Below are positions 1 to 9,582 of a stretch of 64,000 bases of DNA, piece by piece. The notes beneath the pieces were generated by a model, which was given only the letters and a program-made list of their open reading frames with translations, was not told the origin of the DNA and searched no databases. Position 1 is the stretch's first letter, and each line of letters opens with the position of its first letter. Where the stretch lies: assembly GCA_963762255.1 (NCBI GenBank), contig CAVXKA010000003.1:672001-736000 (forward strand). Direction: 5' to 3'. Origin of the DNA: Candidatus Eiseniibacteriota bacterium (GTDB taxonomy: Bacteria > Eisenbacteria > RBG-16-71-46 > JABDJR01). The position numbers and the translations under genes are program-made.

Positions 1-1402
1 TTCGTGGCGCATCGACGCCCGCGCGCGGATGCAGCAGACGGAAGGCGCCCGCCGAGGCGACACCGGTCTCTACGGCGAGCCGTGGGAGAACGGCACGCTC
101 TTCCTCTACCGCTCGGACCTGCGTCTGCGATGGCAAGCGGCACCGGGGATCGAGGTCGTGCCGTGGCTGCGTGCGAGCAACGAGGATGAGTCGGCCCTCA
201 CTGAAGGTCCCGAGCAGTTCGCGAGCCGGCACGGGACGCTTAGCGTGAACGCGCGCGCGGGCGCGTTCTCCGGCACCCTGGGCGCGTTTCCGCTGCGCGT
301 GTCGCCGTTCGTCTTGCAGCGCTGGGATGCCGAGGACTCGCCGCCCTTGGGCGGGGCTTCCGGATGCGCGGTATGCGGAGCCGGCGTCTCGGGAATCAGC
401 CAGAAGAGCCTCGAAGTGCTCGCGCCGGACTACACGTTCGAGGGAGTCTCGGCGAGCGCCGTCCATCCGCGCGCGCGGCTGACGGTATGGGGCGCGATCC
501 CGCGATGGGAGAAGCTCGTGCGGGAGGACGCGCCGGCGGAGGAGATCGCGGAGGCGCGCTACCGGCGCACGCTTTCCGGGGCCATGGTCGATATGGGGCG
601 GATCGGCGATGCGGGCGGACCGCTCGGGTTGCCGTCGCCGCTGGGTCTGCGCATCGCCTACGTCTCGATCCAGGACGACCGGCGCAGCGTGCCGTCGGGA
701 TACGTGCAGCCTTGGGGCGAGCCGAGCGAGCACGCATGGACCTTTCTTGGCCAGATCGGACCGTGGCGCGGCCTCACCGCCGACGCCGAACAGGCTTACG
801 TGAGCAACGAGGAGGACGACCGGGCTTCCTTCTTTGACGGCGGTCTCTACTTCCCTGACGACGCCCCCGACGCGTGGGCCGTGCGCGCGGGGGTGCGCGG
901 CGCGTGGACGCTCGACCGATGGGCGCTGGCCGGGCGCGTCCATCGCATCCGCACCGAACCCGAGTTCGCGCCGCTCTATCGCGCGCTCACCTACGAAGCC
1001 AACCAGAACGGCTGGCGGTTCGCAGGAAGCGTGGAGTGGTTGAGCCCTGCGCCGCGTCGCGACGGGCTCGCCACCCTGAGCGCTTTCGTCCGTTCGATGG
1101 AAGAGACCGAGGCGACGCTGTCTGAGTACGGCCCCGCGCGCGAGACCATGACCAGCGTCACCGTGACCGCGCAACCCCGGCGATACGTGCAGGCGGGGGC
1201 GCACTGGGTGCGCACGCACACCGAGGACCCGCACCCCGCGCTTGCGGACCGAACCACCACCGGCTATTCGTTCGACCTGGGGTGGGCGGGCTCTCCCGGC
1301 GTGGACCCGCTCCTGCGCCTCGACATAGTGCGCCCCGACCCCGGCAGCGGAGACGAGCGGACACTCTGGCAGGTATACCTGATGGTGCGCGTGGTGCGCT
1401 AG
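1..1402 (+). CDS. Hypothetical outer-membrane beta-barrel-like protein (5'-truncated by window)
   Basis: Frame open from position 2; amphipathic beta-strand pattern rich in W/Y/R; C-terminus WQVYLMVRVVR; contains a CAVC motif. Confidence 0.6.
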   Translation, partial: SWRIDARARMQQTEGARRGDTGLYGEPWENGTLFLYRSDLRLRWQAAPGIEVVPWLRASNEDESALTEGPEQFASRHGTLSVNARAGAFSGTLGAFPLRVSPFVLQRWDAEDSPPLGGASGCAVCGAGVSGISQKSLEVLAPDYTFEGVSASAVHPRARLTVWGAIPRWEKLVREDAPAEEIAEARYRRTLSGAMVDMGRIGDAGGPLGLPSPLGLRIAYVSIQDDRRSVPSGYVQPWGEPSEHAWTFLGQIGPWRGLTADAEQAYVSNEEDDRASFFDGGLYFPDDAPDAWAVRAGVRGAWTLDRWALAGRVHRIRTEPEFAPLYRALTYEANQNGWRFAGSVEWLSPAPRRDGLATLSAFVRSMEETEATLSEYGPARETMTSVTVTAQPRRYVQAGAHWVRTHTEDPHPALADRTTTGYSFDLGWAGSPGVDPLLRLDIVRPDPGSGDERTLWQVYLMVRVVR

Positions 1403-3861
1403 GTCACTGCCGTCGGAACGCGCCACCGGATCATTGCGACCTTCACGGCGTCGTTCACCACGAGACACGAAACCGCCGCGAAGGCGATCACCCCCAGCGT
1501 CTGCCGCCCGGGCAACGGTGGGAGTCCCGGCAAGCCCACGAACGTCAGGACCGTGCCTGCGAGCGCGCCCGTGACAAGCGCCACGATAAAGGACGTGCTC
1601 GGCATCGTCGTCCAGAACCAGCGTCGTTCTCTCACGGATACGATGGAGAACACGGAGAAGTAGAGCAGCGTCAGGAAGCTGAACGTGCAGAGTGCGTCGC
1701 TGTTCGCGGCCAAGCCGAAGCGGGTCCAGCCGATCCACAAGAACAGCAGCGATTCCCCTACCATCACCACACCGAGGGTCACGGAGACCGCGATGAAGCC
1801 GCCGATGGCCCAGGTCTCCGGCTTCTTGGACGGCCGCCCCCGGTCGGTAGCCAGAGCGATCGTCGCGAAGTCCATCACGAAGACAAGCAAGAGCATCGCA
1901 AAGGCGGAGACGACGAACTTGCCGGTCACCACGAAGGCGATGGCCACGAACGCCGCCTTCAAGATGGTCCGACTGATCTTGTTGATGATCCAGGTCAGAA
2001 TGCGTTGGTAGATCGTCCGCCCCTGTCCGACCAGCGCGACGATGTTGGTCAGGCCCGGTTCGGTCAGAACGACGCTCGCGGCGCCCTTGGCTACGTCGGT
2101 CGCGGTGCTGACGGCGATGCCAACTTCGGCCTGGCGCAGCGCGGGCGCGTCGTTGACTCCGTCGCCCGTCATGCCGGTCACGTGCCCCGCGGCTTGCAGG
2201 TGCTCCACGACGAGGTACTTGTCCTCCGGGTACACCTCGGCGAAACCGTCCGCACCCGCCAGGAGGTCCATCGCCTCGTTGCCGGCCTTGGCACCGACCG
2301 CCTTCAGGTCCGCGACTCGCCGAATGTTGGGCAAACCGACACCTTGGCCGATATCGAGCGCTACCGGCAATGCATCGCCGGTGAGCATCTTCACCGGAAC
2401 ACCCAAGGCCCGAAGGTCGGCGATGAGTTGCTTCGCCTCCGGCCGGGGCGGATCATCCAGCGTCACCAAACCCAGGAGCGCAGGGGCACCCGTCTCGGGG
2501 CCGCGCGCCACCGCCAGCGTGCGGTACCCCTTCAGCGCCGACTCGGTCGCGCGCGCTTCCAACGCGTCGATCGCCGGGGGCGGAAGCCCGCAGGCCTGCG
2601 CGACGGCCCGCACGGCCCCTTTCATCACCCTCGACCGTCGTCCGTTCTCTTCAATCACGGCTTCGGTCCGCCGGGTCTGCGCGTCGAAGGGCACGAAGGA
2701 GATCGGCGCGGCCGCGGGGCCGCCGTCGAGGACGTGCCGCGATTTTGCCGCGGCGAGAAAGGCCAAGTCGATCGGGTCCTGGTTGGCCTCTTGGGACGCG
2801 AGCGCGCCGGCGAGGAGCACGTCGGTCTCGGTTGCGTGCTCCAGCGGGATCACATCGATGACGGAGAGCCGGTTCATCGTGATCGTGCCCGTCTTGTCCA
2901 CGCAGAGCACGTCCATCGTCGCGGCGTCCTCGGCGGCGCTGAGGCGTGTAACCAGAACGCCGCGCTTCGCCAGCTCCTTCGATCCGACGGCCATGCTGAC
3001 CGTGAACATGACCGGGAGGGCGACCGGCACGGCGCTCATCAGCAAGACGAGCACGAGCGGGACCAGCTCCAGAAGGGGCGCACCGCGGACCAGCGAAAGC
3101 ACGAGCACCACCGCCAGCAACGCGCTGACGATGACGAAGAGCCAGCGGACGACTTGGGTCACCACCGCCTCGATGTGAAGTTTCGGACGGGCCACTTCCA
3201 CGAGCTCCGTGGTGCGCCCAAAGTAGGTCTTCGCCCCGGTGAGGATCACCACGGCGTTGCCTTCTCCCCGGCGGACCACGGATCCCGCCGAGAGCACGTC
3301 GCCGGGGACCTTGCGGGCATCCTTCGACTCGCCGGTGAGGGCCGACTGGTCGATGCTTAGCGCTCCGGTGAGGAGCTTCACGTCCGCAGGGATGATGTCT
3401 CCGGGACGGAGCCGGACGACGTCGCCGGGAACCAGCTCCCGGGCGGGGACGACCCGCCAGCTCGCTTCACGCAGGACCCGGGCGCTGATCTGCAGCCGCC
3501 GCCGCAGGGTTTCGACGACACCGGCGGCCCGCCGTTCCTGCATGAAACCCAAAACCGCGTTGACGACCAGCAGCAGGCTCACCACGGCAAGGTCTGAATA
3601 CTTCCTGAGGATGGCCGACAGGATCATGATCAGTTCGAGCGTCCACGCCGATAGGCCCCAGAATTTGCGCAGGAGCTGAAGGACCGGGTGCCCCTTTCGC
3701 ACGGCGACTTCGTTGTAGCCGTGCTCGCTGCGTCGGGCGTTGACCTCGTCCTGCGTGAGGCCGGTCTCGGGGTTCACACGAAGCGCGGCGAGCGTTTCGG
3801 AGACCGTGGCGGATGCCAGGTCGGGCGCCTCAGCTCGTGGGGGCATCAAGCGCGGACTCAT
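1399..3861 (-). CDS. P-type ATPase, type IIIA (plasma-membrane proton-efflux ATPase-like)
   Basis: TGES, DKTGT phosphorylation site, MTGDGVNDAPAL, PVALPV in TM4, Asp in TM6 (FVMDFATIALATD); 820 aa. Confidence 0.92.
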   Translation of the reverse strand: MSPRLMPPRAEAPDLASATVSETLAALRVNPETGLTQDEVNARRSEHGYNEVAVRKGHPVLQLLRKFWGLSAWTLELIMILSAILRKYSDLAVVSLLLVVNAVLGFMQERRAAGVVETLRRRLQISARVLREASWRVVPARELVPGDVVRLRPGDIIPADVKLLTGALSIDQSALTGESKDARKVPGDVLSAGSVVRRGEGNAVVILTGAKTYFGRTTELVEVARPKLHIEAVVTQVVRWLFVIVSALLAVVLVLSLVRGAPLLELVPLVLVLLMSAVPVALPVMFTVSMAVGSKELAKRGVLVTRLSAAEDAATMDVLCVDKTGTITMNRLSVIDVIPLEHATETDVLLAGALASQEANQDPIDLAFLAAAKSRHVLDGGPAAAPISFVPFDAQTRRTEAVIEENGRRSRVMKGAVRAVAQACGLPPPAIDALEARATESALKGYRTLAVARGPETGAPALLGLVTLDDPPRPEAKQLIADLRALGVPVKMLTGDALPVALDIGQGVGLPNIRRVADLKAVGAKAGNEAMDLLAGADGFAEVYPEDKYLVVEHLQAAGHVTGMTGDGVNDAPALRQAEVGIAVSTATDVAKGAASVVLTEPGLTNIVALVGQGRTIYQRILTWIINKISRTILKAAFVAIAFVVTGKFVVSAFAMLLLVFVMDFATIALATDRGRPSKKPETWAIGGFIAVSVTLGVVMVGESLLFLWIGWTRFGLAANSDALCTFSFLTLLYFSVFSIVSVRERRWFWTTMPSTSFIVALVTGALAGTVLTFVGLPGLPPLPGRQTLGVIAFAAVSCLVVNDAVKVAMIRWRVPTAVT

Positions 3862-4505
3862 GCACCTCCGGTACTCGGCGCGGCCTTGCGGTGGCGAAGA
3901 TACTCGACGATCACCGGCAGCAACGACACCAGGACGATCGCCACGATGACGACGTGGAAGTTCCGCTTCACCGCCGGGATGTTTCCGAAGAAGTAGCCGC
4001 CCAGCACGAAGGTGGAAATCCAGATCACCCCACCCAGCACGTCGAAGAACAGGAAGCGGCGATAGGACATCCGCCCCACCCCGGCCACAAAGGGGGTGAA
4101 GGTGCGCACGATGGGCACGAAGCGGGCGAGGATGATCGCCTCGTGGCCGTATTTCTCAAAGAACCGATGCGTGCGGTCGAGATGATTGCGATTGAGCCAC
4201 CGCCGCTCCCCCACGAAGATGCGGGGCCCCAGCCGGCGACCGATCCAGTAGTTCATGTTGTCGCCGCCGATGGCGGCCACGAGCAGGAGCGGGTAGAGGA
4301 TGTGCAGCTTGAAGGAGCCCATCCCCGCCATCGCGCCGGCGGCGAAGAGAAGCGAATCGCCGGGCAAGAACGGCGTGACCACCAACCCGGTCTCGCAGAA
4401 GATGACCATGAACAGGAGCCCGTAGGTCCACGGCCCGTACTGCGCGATGATCGCGGCAAGGTGCTTGTCGAGGTGCAGGACGAAGTCGATGAGAGTGTTC
4501 AGCAT
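3858..4505 (-). CDS. dedA: DedA family membrane protein
   Basis: FCETGLVVTPFLPGDSLLFAAG and ARFVPIVRTF motifs; stop overlaps ATPase start. Confidence 0.93.
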   Translation of the reverse strand: MLNTLIDFVLHLDKHLAAIIAQYGPWTYGLLFMVIFCETGLVVTPFLPGDSLLFAAGAMAGMGSFKLHILYPLLLVAAIGGDNMNYWIGRRLGPRIFVGERRWLNRNHLDRTHRFFEKYGHEAIILARFVPIVRTFTPFVAGVGRMSYRRFLFFDVLGGVIWISTFVLGGYFFGNIPAVKRNFHVVIVAIVLVSLLPVIVEYLRHRKAAPSTGGA

Positions 4506-4572
4506 AGGATCCGGCGGGTAAGGGTTAGGTGGGTCACGAGTCGGGGGAGTCTACAGGAGCGGGACGGCGCGC

Positions 4573-5991
4573 TCAACGCTGCGAGCGGGCGAGCCGAATC
4601 CCCACGTCCCAACCTTCGTAGTTGTAGCCCGCCCATCGGCGCTTGCCGCATCCCTCCTCCGAGGTGTAGGCGTCCATCCTCGGGATGAAGGCCCGCTCCC
4701 AACTGTCTCCCCGCAGCGCCTTCCAATCGTTGACGGCGGGGAAGATCGTCCCGGCGGCGGGGCCGGTCGGATCGTCGGCGGGTGCGGTCGTGTAGTAACT
4801 CAGGTCCACCCAATCCCAACACCATTCGGCCGCGTTTCCCAGAAGATCCAGGTGTCCGTAGGGGCCCGCCCCCAGAGGGAAGCTCCCCACCGGCAGGGCT
4901 CCACTGAAGATGGGGCCTCGTTCTTGAGACGCGGTGCCGAGTAGCACCGAGACGTTGGCCCGCGCCGAGCCCTGCCGGCCGTGGGCGAGCTCGATGCGCG
5001 GATCCTCGTTCCCCCACGGATAGCGACGATCGGGGAGCGGGTTCGCGCCGGCGGCCAGCACCAATCCACCGCGGGCGGCTTTCTCCCACTCGGCCTCGGT
5101 GGGAAGGCGATAGCCGTTGCGGTCGAAGTCGCATGTAATGTTGAAACCGTGGATCGAGAAGGTGGGGGTGAACGTGTAGGCCGGTTCCAGGCCGTCACGG
5201 ATCGAGAGCCAGTTGCACACGAGCGCCGCCCCCTGCCAGGTCAGCCCCAGGACCGGGAAGTCCTCGTACCCGGGGTAGACACGGACCCCGGCGCCGTCCC
5301 AGTAGAACCGCGAGATCCCCTGATCGGCCACGATGAATTCCCGCGGGGGCGTGGGCGTCGGCGTCCAGAGAAGGTACGGGGGTTGGTCGAGAGGGAGGCC
5401 GGTCAGTTCCCCGCGGGCCGCCGCCTCGGTAAGGATCTCCGCGCAGGCGGCGTTGGTCATCTCGGTGCGCGCCAGCGAGAAGCGAGAGAGCGTGATGGCG
5501 CCCTGCGGGGTGAACGAGATGAACGCGGTCTGATCGGGGCGCTCGCCGCGCAGGAACGCGCCCTCGTGGACGGTGATCATGTCGAAGGTGCCGTCGGAGG
5601 AGGCCCCCGCCACCATGCGATCCGCGGTCAGGGTTACGGCGTCGATCGCATCGCTCACCACCACCTCAACGTGCAACTGGCCAAGCTTCGCGGGTTGCAC
5701 GAGAGCACGGGACATGCCGGCCGTCGGCGGCCCCGACCCCCGCATGCTCCCCCACTTCCATGCGTAGTTGAGGTCGTCGAGCACCGAGGTGTCCTCGTTG
5801 TGGACGACCACATACGCGGTCACCGTGTCCGCCACCTGCGGCGTGTTGTTCGAGAACTCGAGGGTCAACTCGAGACCCCCGAGCTTGTGCGTCGGCGGCG
5901 GGGTCGAGGTCTTATCGCCCCCGCAGCCGGGCAGGGCGAGGATCGCGACGAGCGCGACGAGCGGCAGCGCCGCGATCCTGCGCCGTACCAT
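4573..5991 (-). CDS. Lipoprotein with SUMF1/FGE-sulfatase-like domain
   Basis: Start MVRRRIAAL at 5991, lipobox-like LPGC; YRLPTEAEWEKAARGG, RYPWG, DLLGNAAEWCWD motifs. Confidence 0.85.
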   Translation of the reverse strand: MVRRRIAALPLVALVAILALPGCGGDKTSTPPPTHKLGGLELTLEFSNNTPQVADTVTAYVVVHNEDTSVLDDLNYAWKWGSMRGSGPPTAGMSRALVQPAKLGQLHVEVVVSDAIDAVTLTADRMVAGASSDGTFDMITVHEGAFLRGERPDQTAFISFTPQGAITLSRFSLARTEMTNAACAEILTEAAARGELTGLPLDQPPYLLWTPTPTPPREFIVADQGISRFYWDGAGVRVYPGYEDFPVLGLTWQGAALVCNWLSIRDGLEPAYTFTPTFSIHGFNITCDFDRNGYRLPTEAEWEKAARGGLVLAAGANPLPDRRYPWGNEDPRIELAHGRQGSARANVSVLLGTASQERGPIFSGALPVGSFPLGAGPYGHLDLLGNAAEWCWDWVDLSYYTTAPADDPTGPAAGTIFPAVNDWKALRGDSWERAFIPRMDAYTSEEGCGKRRWAGYNYEGWDVGIRLARSQR

Positions 5992-5993
5992 GA

Positions 5994-7415
5994 CTACGCC
6001 TTCGCCTCGGCGGTCTTCTCCTCGCGCCCCCACTTCACACCCTTGGTGAACCACCCCTTCATGAGGAGCGCGATGAGCGGGCCGCCGAAGGCCAACGCGC
6101 CGAGGATGAGCCAGAGCGCGCTCGGGGAATGCCAGAACGGAACCGTGCCCGCCCGCAGCTTCTCGCCGATGTCCAGCGGCACATAGCGGGTCAGCATGTG
6201 ACCGGACATGAGACTCACCATGGTCTTGGCCATGAAATACGGGACCATGGAGAGACCGAGGTAGGTCCCCTCCTGTCCCTTGGGCGCGATCGCCGCCGTG
6301 TACTCGGAGAGCCGCGGCGACCAGATCACCTCGCCGATGGTGAGAACGACCAGAGCCACGATGGAGGTGACGTAGGTCGCCTGACCCACCGAGGGGATGG
6401 CGAGTACGAAGAGCGACAGCGCCGAGATCATGCCGCCGTACGTGAGCATCTTGTACACGCTGAACCGGTTCAAGACCGGGATCAGCACGATGAGCCCGAT
6501 GATGACCAGGATCGGGTTGATCGCCTGGAGCGTGCCGATCGCTGCGTCCGGACCGATCACTCGCAGCCAGTACTTGGGCCAGAGCAGGTGCAGGTAGAGG
6601 AAAACCGCGCGCACGAAGATGAGGAGCGAGGCCAGCACGAGGAAGCGCCAGAAGATGGACTCGCGCAACACGTCGCCCGCCACCTGCCAGGGATTGCGCT
6701 TGGGCCCGGTGCGCGCAGGCTCGACGACCTCGTCGGCATCGTAGACCTGATCCTCCCGGCGGATGACCGTCAGCGCCAGGATGAAGCAAACCAGGTGGGC
6801 AACGATGGCGAAGGTGAAGATGTGGGCGTTGGGCAGATGGAGCGCCAGCCGGATGATGTCGATCAGGAACCCGGCGGCGGCGGCACCGATGTTCATGAAG
6901 AGGTACCAGAGATTAAATCCGGCACCGCGCGAGCTGCGCGTCGTGAAGCGCTTGTTCGCCGCCTGGTAGTTGGTCTGGACCATGGCTACGAAGGGAGCCA
7001 TGACGAAGAACGCCGCGATGGCGATGGCGCCGCGGTGTTCGGGGAAAAGGTCGGGGTTGAGGGCCAGGACCATGACCGTGCCGCGGGCGATGAACTGCCC
7101 GACCATGGCGACGAGGAACGACTTCCGGATCCCCAGCCAGTCGGTCACCATGCCCGAGAAGAACAGGCAGATGGTGGTCGTGCTCCCGTAGATGGTCATC
7201 GCATATCCGGCTTTTTCGTCGCTAAAGCCGAAATCGTCAGACAGCATGACCACCGCGATGGTGAGGATCGAGAAGAACGTGATGCTGTCGATGAGGTTGA
7301 TGACCTGGATGCCCCAGTACTCGGCGCGGGTCCGCTTCAGTACCTGGAAGTCCTTGAAGTAGTCGACAACCGTGCCGATCAGACCGCGGCGAGCAGCCTG
7401 CGTTTCCCCACTCAT
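5994..7415 (-). CDS. MFS transporter, POT/PTR-like peptide transporter
   Basis: About 12 hydrophobic helices; GFNLWYLFMNIG and GEVIWSP...AP resemble POT motifs. Confidence 0.75.
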   Translation of the reverse strand: MSGETQAARRGLIGTVVDYFKDFQVLKRTRAEYWGIQVINLIDSITFFSILTIAVVMLSDDFGFSDEKAGYAMTIYGSTTTICLFFSGMVTDWLGIRKSFLVAMVGQFIARGTVMVLALNPDLFPEHRGAIAIAAFFVMAPFVAMVQTNYQAANKRFTTRSSRGAGFNLWYLFMNIGAAAAGFLIDIIRLALHLPNAHIFTFAIVAHLVCFILALTVIRREDQVYDADEVVEPARTGPKRNPWQVAGDVLRESIFWRFLVLASLLIFVRAVFLYLHLLWPKYWLRVIGPDAAIGTLQAINPILVIIGLIVLIPVLNRFSVYKMLTYGGMISALSLFVLAIPSVGQATYVTSIVALVVLTIGEVIWSPRLSEYTAAIAPKGQEGTYLGLSMVPYFMAKTMVSLMSGHMLTRYVPLDIGEKLRAGTVPFWHSPSALWLILGALAFGGPLIALLMKGWFTKGVKWGREEKTAEAKA

Positions 7416-7544
7416 TATGCCTCCTCTCCCCTTGTCGCCGGCGCGTGGAACACCCGGGTCGCATTGCCCGTTCGGGCGGCGCCAGCATACACTCTCCGCC
7501 TCGGTCGTTCACCCCCGCAATGGACCCCGATTGGGAGGCCTCGC

Positions 7545-9566
7545 ATGCGTCGCATTCTCACCTTCCTGGGCACCCTGTCACTCATCGCGTGCGCCTGTGC
7601 CGCGGCCGGACTTCCCGTCGGCGCCGCCGGTGCCACGGGTGAGACCGCCCCCGACGTGCAGCAGTTCCTGAAGATCCGCACACCGGCCGGCCCCGCGCTG
7701 CTTCCCGACGGCACGCTGCTCGTGCGCGACTGGCCGGATGGGATCTGGCAGCTCTACCGCGTCACGCCGGGGAGGGGCGCCGACGGCGCGCCCAGTTTCG
7801 ACCCCGCGGTGTCCACCCGGGTGCGGCTCACCGATTTTCCCGACGGACTCTCGGGCTACACGCTCTCGCCCGACCGCCGCTGGGTGGTTCTCATGCACGC
7901 GCGGGGGGGCAACGAGAACACGCAGCTCACGCTCTTGGACCTGAACGCGCCCGTGGGCTCCGAGATGCGGCCCGTGCTCGCCAACCCCGCCGTCCAGGCG
8001 TCGGTGAACGCGTGGTTCCGCGACAACTCCGGGTTCATGTATTCGGCGAACGACGAGAACCCGAACGATTTCCATCTCTATCGCTACACCATCGCGGACG
8101 GGAAGACCGAGAAGCTGCTGGCCCGGACCGGTTCCTGGCGGGCCGGGGACGCCACGCTCGACAAGTCGAGGGTGCTGGTCGAGGAGGAGTTCTCGGCGTC
8201 GGACAGCCGCGTCTACGAGTTGGATGTGGCGACGGGGGCGCTGACCGATCTGACCATCGCTCCCAAGGACGGAACGGCGTCCTGCGCGATCGTGGGCTAC
8301 ATGCCCAGCGAGCGCGAGGTCCTCCTGCGTTCCGACATCGAGAACGGGTTGCATCGCCTCTACCTCAAGACGCTCCGCGGCGGCAAGGTCCGCCAGCCGA
8401 TTCCCGCGCTGGGCGCGCACCAGTTGGACGGCGCCGGGGTGAACGACACGCGCCAGTATCTCGTCACTTCGAGCAACGAAGACGGCTACGCGACGCTGCG
8501 CGTCTTCACGCTCCCCGCCTTCAAGCCGGTGACCTTGCCCCCCATGGAGAAAGGCCTCGTGTACGGGTCGGGCCTACGCGGCAACACGCTCATCTGGTCG
8601 CTCAACAACGCGCGCAATCCGGGGGCGGCCTACGCGACGACGCTCGATCCTGAGAAGCCAAAGGCAACGCCGGTCACGCGACAGATCACCTGGACCGACG
8701 ACCAGGGGCTCGACCTCGCGAGCTTTCCCCTCCCTGAACTCATCCACTACCCCGCCTTCGACGGCCGGCAGATCCCCGCGTTCCTGTTCCTGCCGCCGGG
8801 CCATGTCGATGGCGCCGCGATCCCCTTCATCGTGCTCTATCACGGCGGACCCGAGGGGCAGGCCCGTCCCGCGTTCAACGGACAGCAGCAGTACCTTCTC
8901 GCGCGCGGGTTCGGCATCCTGATGCCCAACGTGCGCGGCAGCACGGGCTACGGGCGCGACTTCCAGATGATGGACGATTACCGGGGACGCTGGGCAAGCG
9001 TCAAGGACGGCGTGGACGCCGCCGAGTGGTTGGTGAGCCAGGGTTACGCCGAACCGGGTCGGATCGCGACGTACGGCGGCTCCTACGGCGGGTTCATGTC
9101 GGTGGCATGCATCGTAGAGGATCAGGAACGCGTGGAGCGCGGTGAGCGGGAGCAGCGGCTCTTCGGCGCGTGCGTCGACATCGTCGGCATCGTGAACATG
9201 AAGACCTTCCTCGAGCGCACGAGCGGCTACCGCCGCAAGCTACGCGAAGTGGAATATGGCCCGCTCGGCGATCCCGAGTTCCTGCTGAGCGTCTCGCCGC
9301 TCGAGCGCGTGGGCAAGATCCAGGTGCCGGTGTTCATCGCGCACGGGTTCAACGATCCGCGGGTGCCGGTGGAGGAGGCGATGCAGCTTTCCATGGCGCT
9401 CAAGGAGGCCAAGCGGAACCCGCGGGTGTTCATCGCCCCGGATGAAGGCCACGGCTTCGCCAAGCTCGACAACCGGATCTACTTCGGGGAGCGGGTCGCG
9501 GCGTTTCTGGATGAGACGATCGGGGGCGGGGCGGCGGCGGGCGGCGGCGCCGGCGAAGGGCAATAG
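7545..9566 (+). CDS. Secreted S9 family peptidase (prolyl oligopeptidase/acylaminoacyl peptidase-like)
   Basis: GGAGG RBS then MRRILTFLG signal peptide; HGGPE, GGSYGG, NDPRV, DEGHGF catalytic motifs. Confidence 0.92.
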   Translation: MRRILTFLGTLSLIACACAAAGLPVGAAGATGETAPDVQQFLKIRTPAGPALLPDGTLLVRDWPDGIWQLYRVTPGRGADGAPSFDPAVSTRVRLTDFPDGLSGYTLSPDRRWVVLMHARGGNENTQLTLLDLNAPVGSEMRPVLANPAVQASVNAWFRDNSGFMYSANDENPNDFHLYRYTIADGKTEKLLARTGSWRAGDATLDKSRVLVEEEFSASDSRVYELDVATGALTDLTIAPKDGTASCAIVGYMPSEREVLLRSDIENGLHRLYLKTLRGGKVRQPIPALGAHQLDGAGVNDTRQYLVTSSNEDGYATLRVFTLPAFKPVTLPPMEKGLVYGSGLRGNTLIWSLNNARNPGAAYATTLDPEKPKATPVTRQITWTDDQGLDLASFPLPELIHYPAFDGRQIPAFLFLPPGHVDGAAIPFIVLYHGGPEGQARPAFNGQQQYLLARGFGILMPNVRGSTGYGRDFQMMDDYRGRWASVKDGVDAAEWLVSQGYAEPGRIATYGGSYGGFMSVACIVEDQERVERGEREQRLFGACVDIVGIVNMKTFLERTSGYRRKLREVEYGPLGDPEFLLSVSPLERVGKIQVPVFIAHGFNDPRVPVEEAMQLSMALKEAKRNPRVFIAPDEGHGFAKLDNRIYFGERVAAFLDETIGGGAAAGGGAGEGQ

Positions 9567-9582
9567 CACACGCGGGCGCCGT

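Noticed and set aside
1282-3360. Long antisense ORFs (also 20748-22754, 24129-26273, 43221-45878, 48861-50798 and others)
   Set aside because: Shadow ORFs typical of high-GC DNA opposite well-supported genes; no motifs.
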